A DNA stretch of 64,000 nt from Squalus acanthias (Eukaryota): NCBI GenBank assembly GCA_030390025.1, contig CM059433.1, forward strand, positions 29,700,001 to 29,764,000, read 5' to 3'. Below, in pieces: positions 13,655 to 26,810 of this stretch (within the stretch, counting starts at the first letter, position 1; each line of letters opens with the position of its first letter). The position numbers and the translations under genes were made by a program. A model generated the notes under the pieces. That model saw only the letters and a program-made list of their open reading frames with translations. It did not search any database and was not told the DNA's origin.

Positions 13655-14520
13655 TCTGGGATATTTTCTTAATGGCGAAAGACTAGGAGCTGTGAAAGAG
13701 CAACGGGATTTGGGAGTCCATTTAAACAGCTCGCTAATAGCTGGCGCACAGGTATGAAAAGTAATAAAAATGCCAATGGAATGTTGGCCTTTATCTCAAG
13801 GCGGGGTTCATAGAATTATAGAATGATGCAGCACAGAAGGTGGCCATTCGGCCCATCGTGCCTGTGCCGGCTCTTTGAAAGAGCTATCCAATTATTCCCA
13901 CTACCCTTTGCTTTTTCCCCATAGCCCTGCAATATAAAAGTGAAGAAGTGAAGCTTCAGCTGTACTGAGCCTTGGTCAGACCCCCTCTGGAGTATTGCGT
14001 TCAGTTCTGGGCACCGCACCTCAGGAAGGATATATTGGCCTTGGAGGGGCTGCAAGCACAGATTCTCCAGAATGATAGTGGGGCTTAGAGGATTAAATTA
14101 TGAGGACAGGGTTGCATAAACTTGGCTAGTATTCTCTTGAGTGTAGAAGGTAGAGGAGTGATCTAATCAAGATGTTTAGAATTAGAAAGGCATTCAATAA
14201 GGTAGATACAGTGAAACTATTTCCTCTGGTGGGGGTTTCCAGAACAAGAGGGCATAATCTTAACATTAGAGCTCGCCCATTCAGGAGTGAAATCAGGAAA
14301 CACTTTTTCACGCAAAGGGTAATGAAAATCTGGAACTCGCTCCCCCAAAAAGGCATGTGGATGCTGGGGGACAATTGACATTTTGAAAACTGAGATTGAT
14401 AGATTTTTGTTAGGCAAGGGTATTAAAGGTGACGGAAACAAGGCGGGTAGATGGAGTTATGATACAGATCTAATTGAATGGTGGAACAGCCCGAGGGGCT
14501 GAATGGCCTCCTCCTATTCC
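13655..14520 (+). mobile_element. CR1 LINE 3' fragment with a nested inverted CR1 3' piece (~13810-13935)
   Basis: SRTRGHNL...RKHFFTQRVMKIWNSLP peptide and CR1 3' UTR GAATGGCCTCCTCC. Confidence 0.8.
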
Positions 14521-17509
14521 TATTTACCTTTGCTGCTGGCCGGATTGGCCTCTGGGAAGCCCGATATTGTGCCGGTAAGGAGCTGCCGAGTCTCTGTGTT
14601 CCTGCCCAAATCCAGGGGGGATTGCAGCAGGGAGTGATGGAAAATCCGGGTGGTGAGGTCTCGTGCCACCTCATTGCCTGACCTACATTTTCCTCCCCAC
14701 TTGGACTGCCATTAGATGCTGCTTCCCTACCATCTGGCAGGTCCCGTGTCCCTGTCAGAATTCACTCCCATCCGTCCGTGTTTCCGGTGTTTCCTGGGGC
14801 CGCCATTGGGAAGTTGGCCCCTGGGAAGTGGGCGGTAACGCTCCTGAGGTGCCCTCGATGGAGGGGGAAGGCCTTGTGACAACATCCATTCCCTCCAATT
14901 TGGCGGTCAATGACTTACCTGTGTAGGCAAAAGTTTCTGCCCAGGCCAACAAGGCTGCTGCTCCCTCCAGGGCACTTCAGCCATTTTAAATCCGTTCCCA
15001 CACTTGTGGTTCTGCAATGGCAGTTCCCCTGAAGCACCACCGGCATTTCCATAGGGTTCTTTCTTGATGGTGGCTATCTTTGCCAGAGCCCACCATGCCT
15101 TGGACATGACCCCTGACCTCTGGAACTGGATCGGTCTTGGGTTGACTCAAAGGTTGGCCAGTAGTCCTGCTCCACCAGATCTCTGTCCCAAAGAGGAGAA
15201 TCCTGGCCAACGTTGACCTAATGATGAGCTAGGCCACGGGAGATTCACTTGTAACACTGACCATCCTGTGTCGCCCTGAGAAGGTGGTGGTGGGCCTTCT
15301 CCTTGAACCTCTTGCAGTCCTTGTAGTGATGGTGTTCAATGGTGTTAGGAAAAAATCCCAGGATTTTGATCCATCAATGATGGAGGAACAACGATATAGG
15401 TCCAAGTCGGGGTGTTGTGTGACTTGGAGGGGAACTTGAAGGTGATGGTGTGATAGCTAAACAGCTTGGTCCTGAAATCCCATTGAGTTACCACCAATCC
15501 TCTGGTGGGAGAGTGGAGGAAATGCCAGAGAGGTGGCGTACAGAACTTCAGAGCCGCTAACAATGGCAGACACTTTCTGTTGCCAGTTATTATAAGACGA
15601 ACACGGTAAAGGTTCCCAATCCCTTTATGTAGTGGAAGTAAAGAGACTCTTTACGATGCAAAATCTGCACTGGTCCTTCAGGACAGACCTGACATGAGCT
15701 CCTTCAGGACACTTGATCCAAAGTTTTTTGCTGCACTGATTCTATTATTGTTTTGTTTCACACGGTATGAAGGCAATGTTGACTGCAGGACTACATTCAG
15801 TATTCCATTAAGACACAAGAGCTCAACCCTCTCTCTGTTTCTCCACCAAATAAGATGACAAGGACAAACCTGTCGAGTTGTTAAGGTGCTGAATGCAGTC
15901 AGTTACATAATTCCCTTCAGTTACAATGGCCATTGTGCCAAATAGTCAGACGTGATTTCATCTGTTTTCTGCATCCTCATGTAGACGCGTGACAAATTAG
16001 CATACCTCAGGTCATTTCGGCAGGGAGTCTGATGATTCAGCCTCTAAGGTTATCTCGTTATACAGGCCTTTCAGATAACCTGGTTTTAGTTTTGAAGTGA
16101 GCCTTCAGCTGATAAAGACAGAGATGGTATCTGAAGCTTCTTTATGCCTGGGAACATAGGAACAGGAGTAGGCCATTCAGCTCCTCGAGCCTGTCTTTAA
16201 TATGCAACACCAGTCGTCACTAACGGAGGAAAATGTCAGCAAACCTGCTGAGTTTACATCCCGAGTTTCCCTGAAAAGGTGGTGGGGGACCTGCTCCTTG
16301 AACCACTGCAGTCCTTGTGGTGATGGTGCCAGTGGTGCTCAGGAACAATCCCAGGAGATTGAACCCAGCGACGATGAAGGAACGGCGATATATCTCCAAC
16401 TCAGGATGGTGCGTGACTTGAAGGTGATGGTGTGATCGGTGTAATGACTTGGCATTGCTGGTATAAAGGTCATTTATGTAGATTAGAAACAGCAGGGACT
16501 TAAACAGCAATCCGTGGGACACCGCAACCCCCAACACCTCTCTCCTGTCTAGTCTGACTTTATACTTTACACGAGTACCCGCTGTTTCCTATTTCTTCAC
16601 CATTTTTTTTTCTATCCTGCGTTCTACTCTGGATTCCGATAGCTTTAAGTTTCATTAGGAGTTTTCCCTATGGAAATTTTATCAAAAGCTTCCTGAAAGT
16701 GTATTGAAACCGCATCTTCGACATTGTCACTACCTACTTCACGTGTCACGTCCTCATTAAAAATCAAGGCAGTTAGCCAGACAGGTTCAGTTCGGAGATT
16801 GTTTCTTAAGTTATTACTGTACAGGTAGTCCTCCATCCTTTTACCCACAGTCTCCTCACCCATCCACAGCTGGATGAGATGAAGTACTTTTCTTGACATG
16901 TCATTAAATAAAGATAACAGATGAATTTCCCAACATGGTTTTCAGCTTATTTCTGGCTATTTTGAACTCTCGGGCTGAGTTAAGAAAAAGACAAGGTTTT
17001 GGGGGTTTACTTTCCGTAACTTTTTGAAATCACTGTTGACCAGCAAGCAGTGGGTTTCTATCAAAAATGTAACTGAATTTTCACGATCTTCTGTGACATT
17101 TACTTTGGTAGTAAGATGAACTCCTTTAGACGTGAGCCTAGAAATCACGGTTAGCAGTATTAGCTATAATCCCTTAACGTGTTCAAATGACATTTTCCTG
17201 TCAGTTATTTTAATTTAAAATAAACGGGTTAATTCTTCTGACAAATTTGCAGCTAGAAGATTGTCATCAATGCCATTGCGCTAATACCGTCTTGGTAGTT
17301 TGTCTCTTAGGGCACCTATTATCTAAAGTACCAGAGATGTAATGGGAGATCCACATTGCTCTCTGACCACACCATCTAGAGCTCTGTTCAACAACCCAAA
17401 TGCATGTCAAATCTTAATGTAATCAAGGAACTTGCAACCAGTGTGGAGCCCAAAGTAGTGTGGGTCTGCCTTCTGGATATGAACCACTTGTCTAATTACA
17501 AATTGAGTA

Positions 17510-17890
17510 TAGGAGATTGAAGAGTTCTCTGATCGTAGTGTTTAAAATATTAAAAGGATTCGATAGGGTAGATATGGAGGATCTATCTCCTCTAGTGGAG
17601 GAATCGAAAACAAGGCGACATAATCTTTAAATGAGACCCAGGCCATTCAGGAGTGAAATGAGGAAGCGCTTTTTCACACAAAGGGTAGTGGGAATCTGGA
17701 ACTCTCGACCCCAAAAGGTTGTGGATGCTGGGGGACAATTGGAGCTTTCTAGACTGAGATCGATAGTATTGTGTTAGGTTAGGATATCGAGGGATATGGA
17801 GCAAAAGCGAAGACATGGAGTTGATCAGCCATGATCTAATTGAATGGTGGAGGAGACTCTGAATGGCCTCCTCCTGTTCCTATGTTCCTA
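17510..17890 (+). mobile_element. CR1 LINE 3' fragment
   Basis: Homologous to 14150-14520. Confidence 0.75.
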
Positions 17891-18250
17891 AATCAGATGA
17901 CCTCGCGTCTAAATTACACAACATTGCCTGTGTCAATGCAAAGCCAGAACTACTTTGTATCGTTGCAAACTGTGTTTATCAACAGGGCTATTTACAACAA
18001 TACAAATCAACAGGGTATTTACAACAATACAAATGAACTGCTTGAAGAGCTTGGGGTATGATATTCCACTGACTGCAATTCTGTACACAACCAAACAATT
18101 ATGGAACAGCAAACAGATTTCAACTGACAACAGCTGGCATTAAAATGATACACTTGGCATTAAATTGCACTGACTATCACGTGCGTAAAAGAACAATCTC
18201 CAAATTTAAAAAATAAATGGAGGACATGTTGCCTTTTCAAAATACAGAGG

Positions 18251-18987
18251 AGGAGAAATTCCCCCCTTTGCACCTCCCATGGGGGGCACTAACGGGGCGC
18301 AAAGGCCTTTTCGCCTGACCGCGTCTCCCGCCAAATTCCGCGGGAGGTTAGTGGTGGCGCTACTGGGTTGCGCCCCGATCTCATGCACCCGGAGATCGTG
18401 ACGTTATCTCCAGGCGCATCGCCCTGGTAGCACCCCTTTGCCCCCTGCAGCAGCGCCGGGCGATGGCAGCGACTGCTGCAGGGGACGCGAGAAGGGCGGC
18501 CGGCCGCTAGCGGGGCGGAAGTTAAAGGTGAGGTGGCCGGACGCCCTGAAAAAAATGTTGGCTTTTTGGAAAATTGTTTTTTTTGCTCCGGACGCGGGGT
18601 CCGTGCCGTAATCTTGCCGTTCCTCTGCTTGAGTGCTGGGCTGATCGCGCGGCACCTTCGCTCCCTGGCGCTGCAGGTAAGTTAAAAAAATACTGCAGAG
18701 TTTGCAGCGTGGGGCTTTTCCCTTTAACTCAGGGAAGAGCCCCTGCAACACGTCAGCGCCACGCGGTCCAGTGCGTGGCGCTGCTGAGCCGTGCGCCCCG
18801 GGTCAGAAACTTTCCCCTCTCTTGCGCTCCAAGAAGGAAGTGGAGCGCTTGATTTAGCACTCCACTTCCCTCTTGGAGCAAAAAGTAGGAATTTTAGAAA
18901 GGCTGGAAGAGGTTAGTGCCTGGCGCTAACTTTTCCAGCTTTTCTGATTTAGCGCCCCAAACGGGGCTCGAGGGGAATTTCTAGCCG
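18251..18987. mobile_element. Harbinger-type non-autonomous element (MITE)
   Basis: Imperfect TIRs GAAATTCCCC / GGGGAATTTC(TAGCC); ends resemble those of the elements at 32175 and 35105. Confidence 0.6.
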
Positions 18988-19038
18988 ATGGAATTTACAG
19001 CACAGAAACAGGCCATTCGGCCCAACTTGTCCATGTTG

Positions 19039-20097
19039 TCCAACGGTGCCGTCTCCTTCTCTCGCCCTGAACTAGAACATTTCATTCACTATGCTTCCAA
19101 TTTCCACCCTTCCCTCACCTTCACATGGTCCATCTCCGACTCTTCCCTTCCCTTCCTCGACTTCTCTGTTTCCATCTCTGGGGATAGGTTATTGACTAAC
19201 ATTCACTACAAGCCTACTGACTCCCACAGGTACCTGGACTACACTTCCTCCCACCCCGCCTCCTGTAAGGACTCTATTCCATTCTCCCAGTTTCTCCGTC
19301 TCCGCCACATCTGCTCTGACGATGCCACCTTCCATACCAGTGCTTCCGACATGTCTTCCTTTTTCCTCAACCGAGGATTCCCCTCTACTGTGGTTGACAC
19401 GGCCCTCGACCGTGTCCATTCTATCTCCCACACTTCTGCCCTCACCCCTGCCCCTCCCTCCCAGAACCACGATAGAGTTCCCCTTGTCCTCACCTTTCAC
19501 CCCACCAGCCTCCACATTCAACGGATCATCCTCCGCCATTTCCGCCACCTCCAGCGTGATCCCACCACCAAACACATCTTCCCCTCACCTCCCCTTTCAG
19601 CATTCCGCAGGGACCACTCCCTCCGCGACACCTTAGTCCACTCCTCTACCCCCCCCAGCACCCCTTCCCCTTCGCCCGGCACCTTCCCGTGCAAGCGCAG
19701 GAGATGCAACACATGCCCTTATACCTCCCCTCTTCCCACTGTCCAGGGCCCCAAACACCCCTTCCAGGTGAAACAGCGATTTACTTGTACTTCCTGCAAT
19801 TTAGTATACTGTATTCGCTGCTCACGATGTGGTCTCCTCTACATTGGGGAGACCAAATGCAGATTGGGTGACCGCTTTGCGGAACACCTCCGTTCAGTCC
19901 ATAAGGGGGACCCCGAGCTCCCGGTGGCCTGTCACTTTAATTCTCCGCTCCACTCCCACTCTGACCTCACCGTCCTCGGCCTCTTGCATTGTTCCACGGA
20001 AGCTCAGCGTAAGCTCGAGGAACAGCACCTCATCTTTTGTTTAGGCACTTTACAGCCTTCTGGACTCAACATCGAGTTCAACAATTTCAGATCATAA
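19039..20097 (+). pseudogene. Penelope ORF remnant (RT thumb plus GIY-YIG endonuclease), open but 5'-truncated
   Basis: LPFLDFSV, YKPTDSHRYLDYTSSHP, C..CNTC, NLVYCIRCSRCGLLYIGET..L..RF.EH, GLN. Confidence 0.88.
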
Positions 20098-20400
20098 CCT
20101 TGGCCCCTATCACATATATATATATTTTTATTTTATTTTTTCATCCACTATTTTGTTTGGCCCTTTTTTCTTCCCTCCCAGAAGCTGGCAGCTGTCCTTC
20201 ATTCTGCCAGCGCAGTTCACACTTCATCTAGCCTCTACCTGTCACATTACCACCTCCTCTTGCCTTGATTATCTCTTAATGTCTCTTAATCTCTCCTGCT
20301 TTCTATCCCACCACTGACCTTGCCTTTTGTTCTTTCATCCCCTCCCCCTTTTCCCAGCATTATACTTGCTTTAAATCTATTTCATTTCCTGCTTTTTTCC

Positions 20401-20437
20401 AGTTCTGACAAAAGGTCTTCGACCTGAAACGTGAACT
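20401..20437 (+). ncRNA. Degenerate minimal hammerhead ribozyme in Penelope 3' pLTR
   Basis: AGTT-CTGACAA-A-AGGTC TTC GACCT-GAAA-CGTG-AACT; the core GA reads AA and the cleavage triplet is not UH. Confidence 0.6.
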
Positions 20438-21235
20438 CTGTTTCTCTCTCCACGGATGCTGCCTGGCCTGCTGAGTTTTTCCAGCGTTTTCTGTTGTTAT
20501 TTCGGATTTCCGGCATCCACAGTATTTTGCTATCGTTGTCCATGTTGGCATTTATGCTCCACACGAGCCACCTCCCACCCTATTCCATCTGCATTTCCTT
20601 CTATTCCTTTCTCCCTCATGTACTTATCTAGCTTTCCCTTAAAGGCATCTATGCTATTCGCCTCAACTACTCCTTGTGGTAGCGAGTTCCACATTCTCAC
20701 CACTCTCTGGGTAAAGAAGTTTCTCTTGAATTCCTTATTGAATTTATTAGTGTCTATCTTATATTTATGGCCCTTAGTTTTGGACTCCACACAAGTCTCT
20801 ACCTCTACTTTATCAAACCCCTTCATAATTTTAAAGATCTCTATCAGGTCACCACTCAGCCTTCTCTTTTCCAGAGAAAAGAGCTCCAGTCTATTCAGTC
20901 TTTCCTTATCTTCTTCTGCTTCGGCAGTCCCTCGGAACCGAAGATGACTTGCTTCCACATTAAAAATGAGTTCTCAGGTGGCTGATGAGTCCAATGCGGG
21001 ACCTATAGTCTCTGTCACAGAGCATCTTTCCTTATAGGTATAAACTCTCAGTTCTGGTATCACCCTTGTAAATCTTTTATTTTTGCACCTTCTCCAGTGC
21101 CTCTATATCCTTTTTGAGGATAAATGTACAAAGGAAATAAGTGTACAAAGAAATTTGCACTTAACAAGCGCACGGTTTTAAGTGGGACTAGACATCATGC
21201 CTTCAATAAAAATGCTATTTGTGTCTTTCGATCAG

Positions 21236-21447
21236 GAGAACCTCCAGGGAAAGCTGCTGACAGGTCTCTCCAGTACATGAAGGAGAGAGTGCACGGGAGA
21301 GGTGGAGTAATTGCTGTCAGTGCCCACGGTGAATGGACGGTCAGGTTTACTACAAAACGAATGGCCTGGGCCAGCATCAAAGAAGGCATGTTATATTACG
21401 GCCTCAACCCAGGAGAAACATTCACTGAGCGAATCAGTGCAGTGTGA
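21236..21447 (+). CDS. ASRGL1: Terminal coding exon of isoaspartyl peptidase/L-asparaginase (ASRGL1 or a paralog)
   Basis: Acceptor tgtctttcgatcAG|, phase 1; GEPPGKAADRSLQYMKERVHGRGGVIAVSAHGEWTVRFTTKRMAWASIKEGMLYYGL resembles the ASRGL1 C-terminus (AADLSLGYMKSRVKGLGGLIVVS..G.W...T...M.WA); no upstream exons recognised in window. Confidence 0.85.
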
Positions 21448-21616
21448 TGTGAATTCATCTTCAACCATGTCTCCACCGGATGCTTTCAACTCCACTCCAG
21501 GGAGTAACATTATTAGAATGTTGTTGGCAGAGGTAGAAATATGTTCTGTGTGTGTGTGTGTGTGACCCAGTTAATATTATCCGTCGATAGATGGAAATAT
21601 GTTTTTTTTAAACTAC

Positions 21617-22335
21617 GGGCCGGATCTTGCTGGAAAAATAACGATGCACGCCATTATTAATGCACAAATCGGCCAGCCAGTCCAGGGGATTAAGAGATAC
21701 GCAGTGAGTTGCGAATCTCCAGAACTTGCTGGCCGATTTACGCCACTCCACAGTTTGCTTCACACAAACGGCATCTCCCCCTCAACCTCCCCGTTATTTT
21801 TGAGAAGTTGCTGGATTTGCACATTAATTGCCCATTAAACTCACCGCAGAAAGTTAGGGCTGGTAATTAAGAGCGTAAATACCCTTTTAATGGTGTGATA
21901 ATTGTTAATGCAATGCCAATCAACCTCTGTTCAACTGTTCAATCTCATTCCTGCATGTAGTAAATTCTTCTTAGAGATTTTAAAAATGTCAACATTAAAA
22001 AAAATTTAATGTTTTCTTACTTTTCCTTTCTGTCTTTTTTTCTTTCTCTTAATCCAATCTTTCTTTCCCTCTCTTTATTTCTCCTTCTGTACCTGATTTG
22101 ACTCGAATTCACCCACTCTGTCATTGATGCTTCTTTCTCTATCCTTAAATCTCATTGGTTGAGGAGATAGAATGCTGGTCCCGTTGTTCATGAAGGTCCC
22201 AGATGCCCCATTGCCCTCGCCGTACCATTATCAGCTCGCACTTCCAGCAAGTTACAGCGCAAAAATTGAGTTGAAGGGTGCAGGAAAAAGTCTAACTAAT
22301 GGGGCACATCGCGAGATCCCCCTCCAGCCTCCAGC
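21617..22335. mobile_element. MITE-like repeat, same family as 28141-28890
   Basis: Shared blocks (AGAAAGTTA, CTCTCTTAATCCAATCT..CTTTCCCTCTCTTTATTTCTC, CACTTCCAGCAA) with 28141-28890. Confidence 0.55.
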
Positions 22336-22754
22336 TATATGCCTGTGTCAAAGGCAAAAAAACTTTTTTCTGTCATTTCACATTTGCTTTCTGTATCTAA
22401 GAGGCAGCTTACAGTACATTTGTAATTCATAAAAGCTGACTGTATCTGTACAGTGTGGTTATGGAGATGGAAATACCGTGTGTGTTAAATGGTACTCTTC
22501 CTGTACATCACTAATACATAATAACTCACTAATGTAAATTTGTTTTCATTTTTATTCCAATTTGCTATTTGTGATCATGTTCATAAAGCAATGGTTCTAA
22601 GTTGGGTCATGGGCTACAGAAATGTGACTTTTATTTTTAAAAAGCAGCCCCCCTTGACACAGGGGTGGGGGGAGGTGCCCACAGGAGACAACGTTCTTAA
22701 CCATCCCCATCCCAGCAGGCATTGGCCTGCATTCTCAGCTACTTTGACTGAGGG

Positions 22755-24010
22755 CTCCGCCCATATCCTAACTCACACCAAGCCCCGTTCACCCATCACC
22801 CCTGTGCTCGCTGACCTATATTGGCTCCCAGTCCGGCAATGCCTCGATTTTAAAATTCTCATCCTAATGTTCAAACCCCTCCATGGCCTCACCCCTCCCT
22901 ATCTCTGTAACCTCCTCCAGCCCTACAACCCTCTGAGATCTCTGCGCTCCTCCAATTCTGGCCTCTTGCGCATCCCCGATTTTTAGCGCTCCACCATTGG
23001 CGGCCATGCCTTCAGCTGTCTAGGCCCTAAGCTGTGGAATTACCTCCCTAAACCTCTCTGCCTCTCTCTCCTGCTTTAAGACTCTGTTTAAAACCTACCT
23101 TTTTGACCAAACTTTTTGGCCATCTGTCCTAATATCTCATTGGGCCAAAAATTCGGCACTTGCCGGGTGAGTACGCGCTGTGTACTCACCCGTAAGGCCT
23201 CCTTAAGTGCTGGTTTCCTGCATGCACTGCGCATGCGCGGGAAACCGGAACTTCCGGTCTCGTGAAGGGAGGGGTTGAGAGGTGAACCGTGTGCGTGGGA
23301 GAGGCTGCGCGCACGCAGCGAACTTAGGTTTTTTTCAGGTTTCTCCGGGAAGGTAAGTATGGAAGAAGCTGCGCTTTTAAAAAGGAGGCGCAGGACCCGT
23401 TTTTAACAAGGTAAGTGGTTAATTAATTACAATTTTAAAAAATTTTCAACAGGTTTATCTTTTTTAGATACTTTAAAGAAAGGTAAGTTTATTTTTAGCA
23501 CTGTTAAAAAGTATTTAATTTTTTTCAAAAATTTAAATTTTTGTTTAAAGTAGTTAGTTTATTTAACTTATAGTTATTTTAAAAATGTGATGAGTTTTTT
23601 TTAATTTATTTGAAGTTTAGGAGTTGTTTTGGGGCCGATTTCAATTCATAGATTTGACAGGTCTTCCTGTCAAATCTATGAATGAAAGATGGTCTGCTGC
23701 CATTGGCTCTCCATGGCCCACATGATCCCAGGGGACGCATCGCACTAACTACGCCCCTGGGATACACAAGCACTGCACGCCGGCAGCTGCAGGAGGCCCA
23801 GGAGCTGAAGTCCTCGTGGGCCCAGAGGTCAATGGCAGGCGCGGTAGGTAGGTGCGCGCGTGATCCTTACACCCGCGGGAAGCCAGGGAGCCGAATTTCT
23901 GGGCCATTATGTGGCTCAGTGTCAAATTGTGTCTGATAATGTTCCCGTGAAGCTTCTTGGGACATTTTACTACGTTAAAGGTGCTATATAAATGCAAGGT
24001 GTTATTGTTT
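22755..24010 (+). mobile_element. L2 LINE 3' end split by a MITE
   Basis: SAHILTHTKPRSPITPVLADLYWLPVRQCLDFK peptide; 3' UTR resumes after 23908. Confidence 0.8.
23142..23905. mobile_element. Harbinger-type MITE with 3-bp ATT TSD
   Basis: TIRs GGGCCAAAATTCGGC / GCCGAATTTCTGGGCC; ATT at 23139-23141 and 23906-23908. Confidence 0.8.
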
Positions 24011-24239
24011 GAAGCCTTCATGAAAAGTCACCTGCAGAAGTTAGCTGATGTTTTTTATGAGTTTCAGTTAAAATTATATGTATGCATGCATATTAATTAA
24101 TATTTACATACCTCCAAAGGTCACAGCTTGCAGTGTACTGGTACCTCTTTTAAAAACAGGTCCTCCCTAAACGTCACAGATCCTGTCACTGGGGCTTTGA
24201 ATACTCGTACAATTTTAGTGATTTACCAAAATCAGTAGC

Positions 24240-24710
24240 AACAACAACTGCATTTATGTAGCGCCTTTAAAAAGCTTCACAGAAGCGTTATCAAACAAAA
24301 TCTGACACTGAGCCACAGAAGGAGATATTAGGACAGCTGACCAAAAGCTTGGTCAAAGAGGTAGGTTTTAAAGGAGAAGAGAGCGGTGGAAAGATTTATG
24401 AAGGGAATTTCAGAGCTCAGGGCTGAGACAGCTGAAGGCGCGGCCGTCAAAGTTGGGGTAAGGAAACCGGGGATGCGCAGGAGCCCAGAATCGGAGGAGC
24501 GCAGAGTTCTCGGAGGGTGGTAGGACTGGAGGAGATTACAGAGATGGGGAGGGGTGAGGCCATGGAGGGATTTGAACATGAGGATGAGAATTTTAAAATC
24601 GAGGCGTTGCTGGACCGGGAGCTAATGTGGGTCAGAGAACACAGGGGCTGATGGGTGAACGGGATTTGATGTGAGTTAGGAATACGGTTAAGGAGTTTTG
24701 GATGAGACTT
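24240..24710 (-). mobile_element. L2 LINE 3' end
   Basis: FKSLHGLTPPHLCNLLQ peptide; homologous to 12680-13200. Confidence 0.78.
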
Positions 24711-25664
24711 AGCATGCAAAATGGTTTTAGCCCGTGAAGCCCGATCAATTTAAAATCAATTCGATAACTTTGTAAGGTACCAAGCTCAAGATCGCACCTC
24801 TGCGAGCAGTTTAGAATTGACTCGATATTGTCCGGAATGTCTAAAAGTTGCAGCCTACCACTGGAATCGACTTGAAGTTTGCTTTATATTTTAATGAGTC
24901 TGTGCAGCTGGTATCAGAATCGTGATAAAGCGCAACATAAAAACTTTGAAACGGTCTGTTTTTCATGTTGCCAGTCTCATATTAAAACAATAACTTTTTC
25001 CAATAAAATTTAACTCACTAATACAGACACGTCTAAAAAAAAAATCACTGTAGCTTTAATAAAACCTTAATATACAATTGTCCCAGAAAAAGAGTCTGCA
25101 ACGAATGAGATCAGCAGTTGGTTCTATTTAACATATGGACTCATTAAAGTGAATGTATTTTAATTGTTATAACTGTTACAAGCCCTGTGGGGTTGCTTTC
25201 TTTATGAGAGAATTTGATTGCATTGGGGCTTGTAACTGCTTGCTGCTCTATATAATGTTTATCTGTTGTTCCTACAAAGTGGCAAGCTACTTTTACAACA
25301 GTGCGTGCTTGTTATCAAAAACTCTGTTTACCTCTTTCAGTGTCCTCCAATTCTGATGCTGCCAACTCACATTCAGTATGGTTCCACTGGAGCAGGCCAC
25401 TCTCAGACACCTCACCTTGCATGGCCAGTCCTCTGTTGGAGCCCAGTCAGAGACTGGCAGCAGGTTATTCACCCATTGATAGTGTAACTGAGCTCGATCA
25501 TGACCTCACTCGGTATCCACACACTCAGTAGTTTCCAGCAATCAGGACCAGGAACCCTGGCTGATTTCTTCCCCACCCCCAAACCATCCCTACCAGCATC
25601 TGCACTGAGATCATCAGCGAACTTGTCTTTTATCCTGGGACGGATGGACGGAAGGAAGGAAGGA

Positions 25665-26040
25665 ACATTTCTGTAGCGCCTTTCACAACCTCAGGACATT
25701 CCAAAGTGTTTTACAGCCAATTAAGTGCTGTCACTGTTGTAATGTAGGAAACACAGCAGCCAATTTGTGCACAGCAAGATTCCACAAACAGCAACGTGAT
25801 AATGACCAGCTAATCCGTTTTAGTGATGTTGGTTGAGGGATAAATATTGGCCAGGACACCGGGTAGAACTCTCTTGCTCTTCGAAATAGTGCCGTGGGAT
25901 CTTTTACCTGAGAGAGCAGACGGGGCCTCGGTTTAACGTCTCATCCAAAAGAAGGCACCTCCGACAGTGCAGCGCTCCCTCAGTACTGTACTGGAGTGTG
26001 GGCCTAAATTCTGTGCTCAAGTCTCTGGAGTGGGAATTGG
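25665..26040 (-). mobile_element. Deu-domain SINE
   Basis: Homologous to 9935-10383. Confidence 0.75.
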
Positions 26041-26810
26041 CCTTTATTTGACTCCAGTCCCACACCTACATGGTTGACTCTTTACTGCCTCCTGAAGTGG
26101 CCTAGAGAGTATCAAACTGCTACCAGCAGTTCAAGAAGAAGCCCCACTACCACCTTCTGAGGGCAACTAGGGATGGGCAATAAATTCTGGCCTTGCCAGT
26201 GATGCCTACATCCTGCAACTGAATGAATTAAAACAAATCTCCACCAATACGTTTAATAGCCTTTTCATTGAGAATTGACATACTTATTGCACTGGGTTAA
26301 GAATCCTTGATCATGTTGTTCGTATCTGTGGAATGCTCAATAAAATGTGAGAGAGCAATTGCAACACAAAAACTCAGAGCACAGATAATCTACTCTATCA
26401 TGGGCTCTACCCAACCTATTTATTCTGTTGGGTAAAGGTTCTCCCTCCCCCACCCCCACCCCTCCCTGTTAATGAAGTAAAACTCTAGAATATCTGTCTA
26501 ACCTTCCATCCCTAACTGGTTACCTTCACATAGCATGACACTTCCAAGATCCAAACCGTTTAGGGACTACCTCAGTCCACACAGCATTCAATCACCTCCA
26601 TTTAAAATTATCTTTAGAAGCTTCAATTCTCTCAATCCAGCTCCTGCTAATTAAAAGTAATATGGCTCAGGTAGCTCTTTGCCTAAATTACGGACATGTG
26701 CTCCCAGCATAGAAAGCTCTATGTGTGGGAGCACAAATTCATAAACTGCTTTCATGCTTTTCAGACCAGGAGGCCGCTTTCATGCATTTGGTCATCTTCT
26801 TGATGACATT

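Larger units (their letters stand above)
19039..20535 (+). mobile_element. Penelope-like retroelement, 5'-truncated, 12-bp TSD
   Basis: TTGTCCATGTTG duplicated at 19027-19038 and 20536-20547; RT C-terminus plus GIY-YIG endonuclease. Confidence 0.9.
18990..21120 (-). mobile_element. CR1 LINE 3' fragment interrupted by a Penelope-like element
   Basis: RLNRLELFSLEKRRL...FFTQRVVRMWNSLP peptide (20530-20958 ORF); 3' UTR resumes at 18990-19038. Confidence 0.8.

Noticed and set aside
18988..19038. Apparent start codon of the 369-aa Penelope ORF
   Set aside because: Lies in flanking CR1 sequence upstream of the TSD; a chance fusion
21124..21235. N-terminal part of the 107-aa ORF before the ASRGL1-like exon
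   Set aside because: Intronic; homology begins at the splice acceptor
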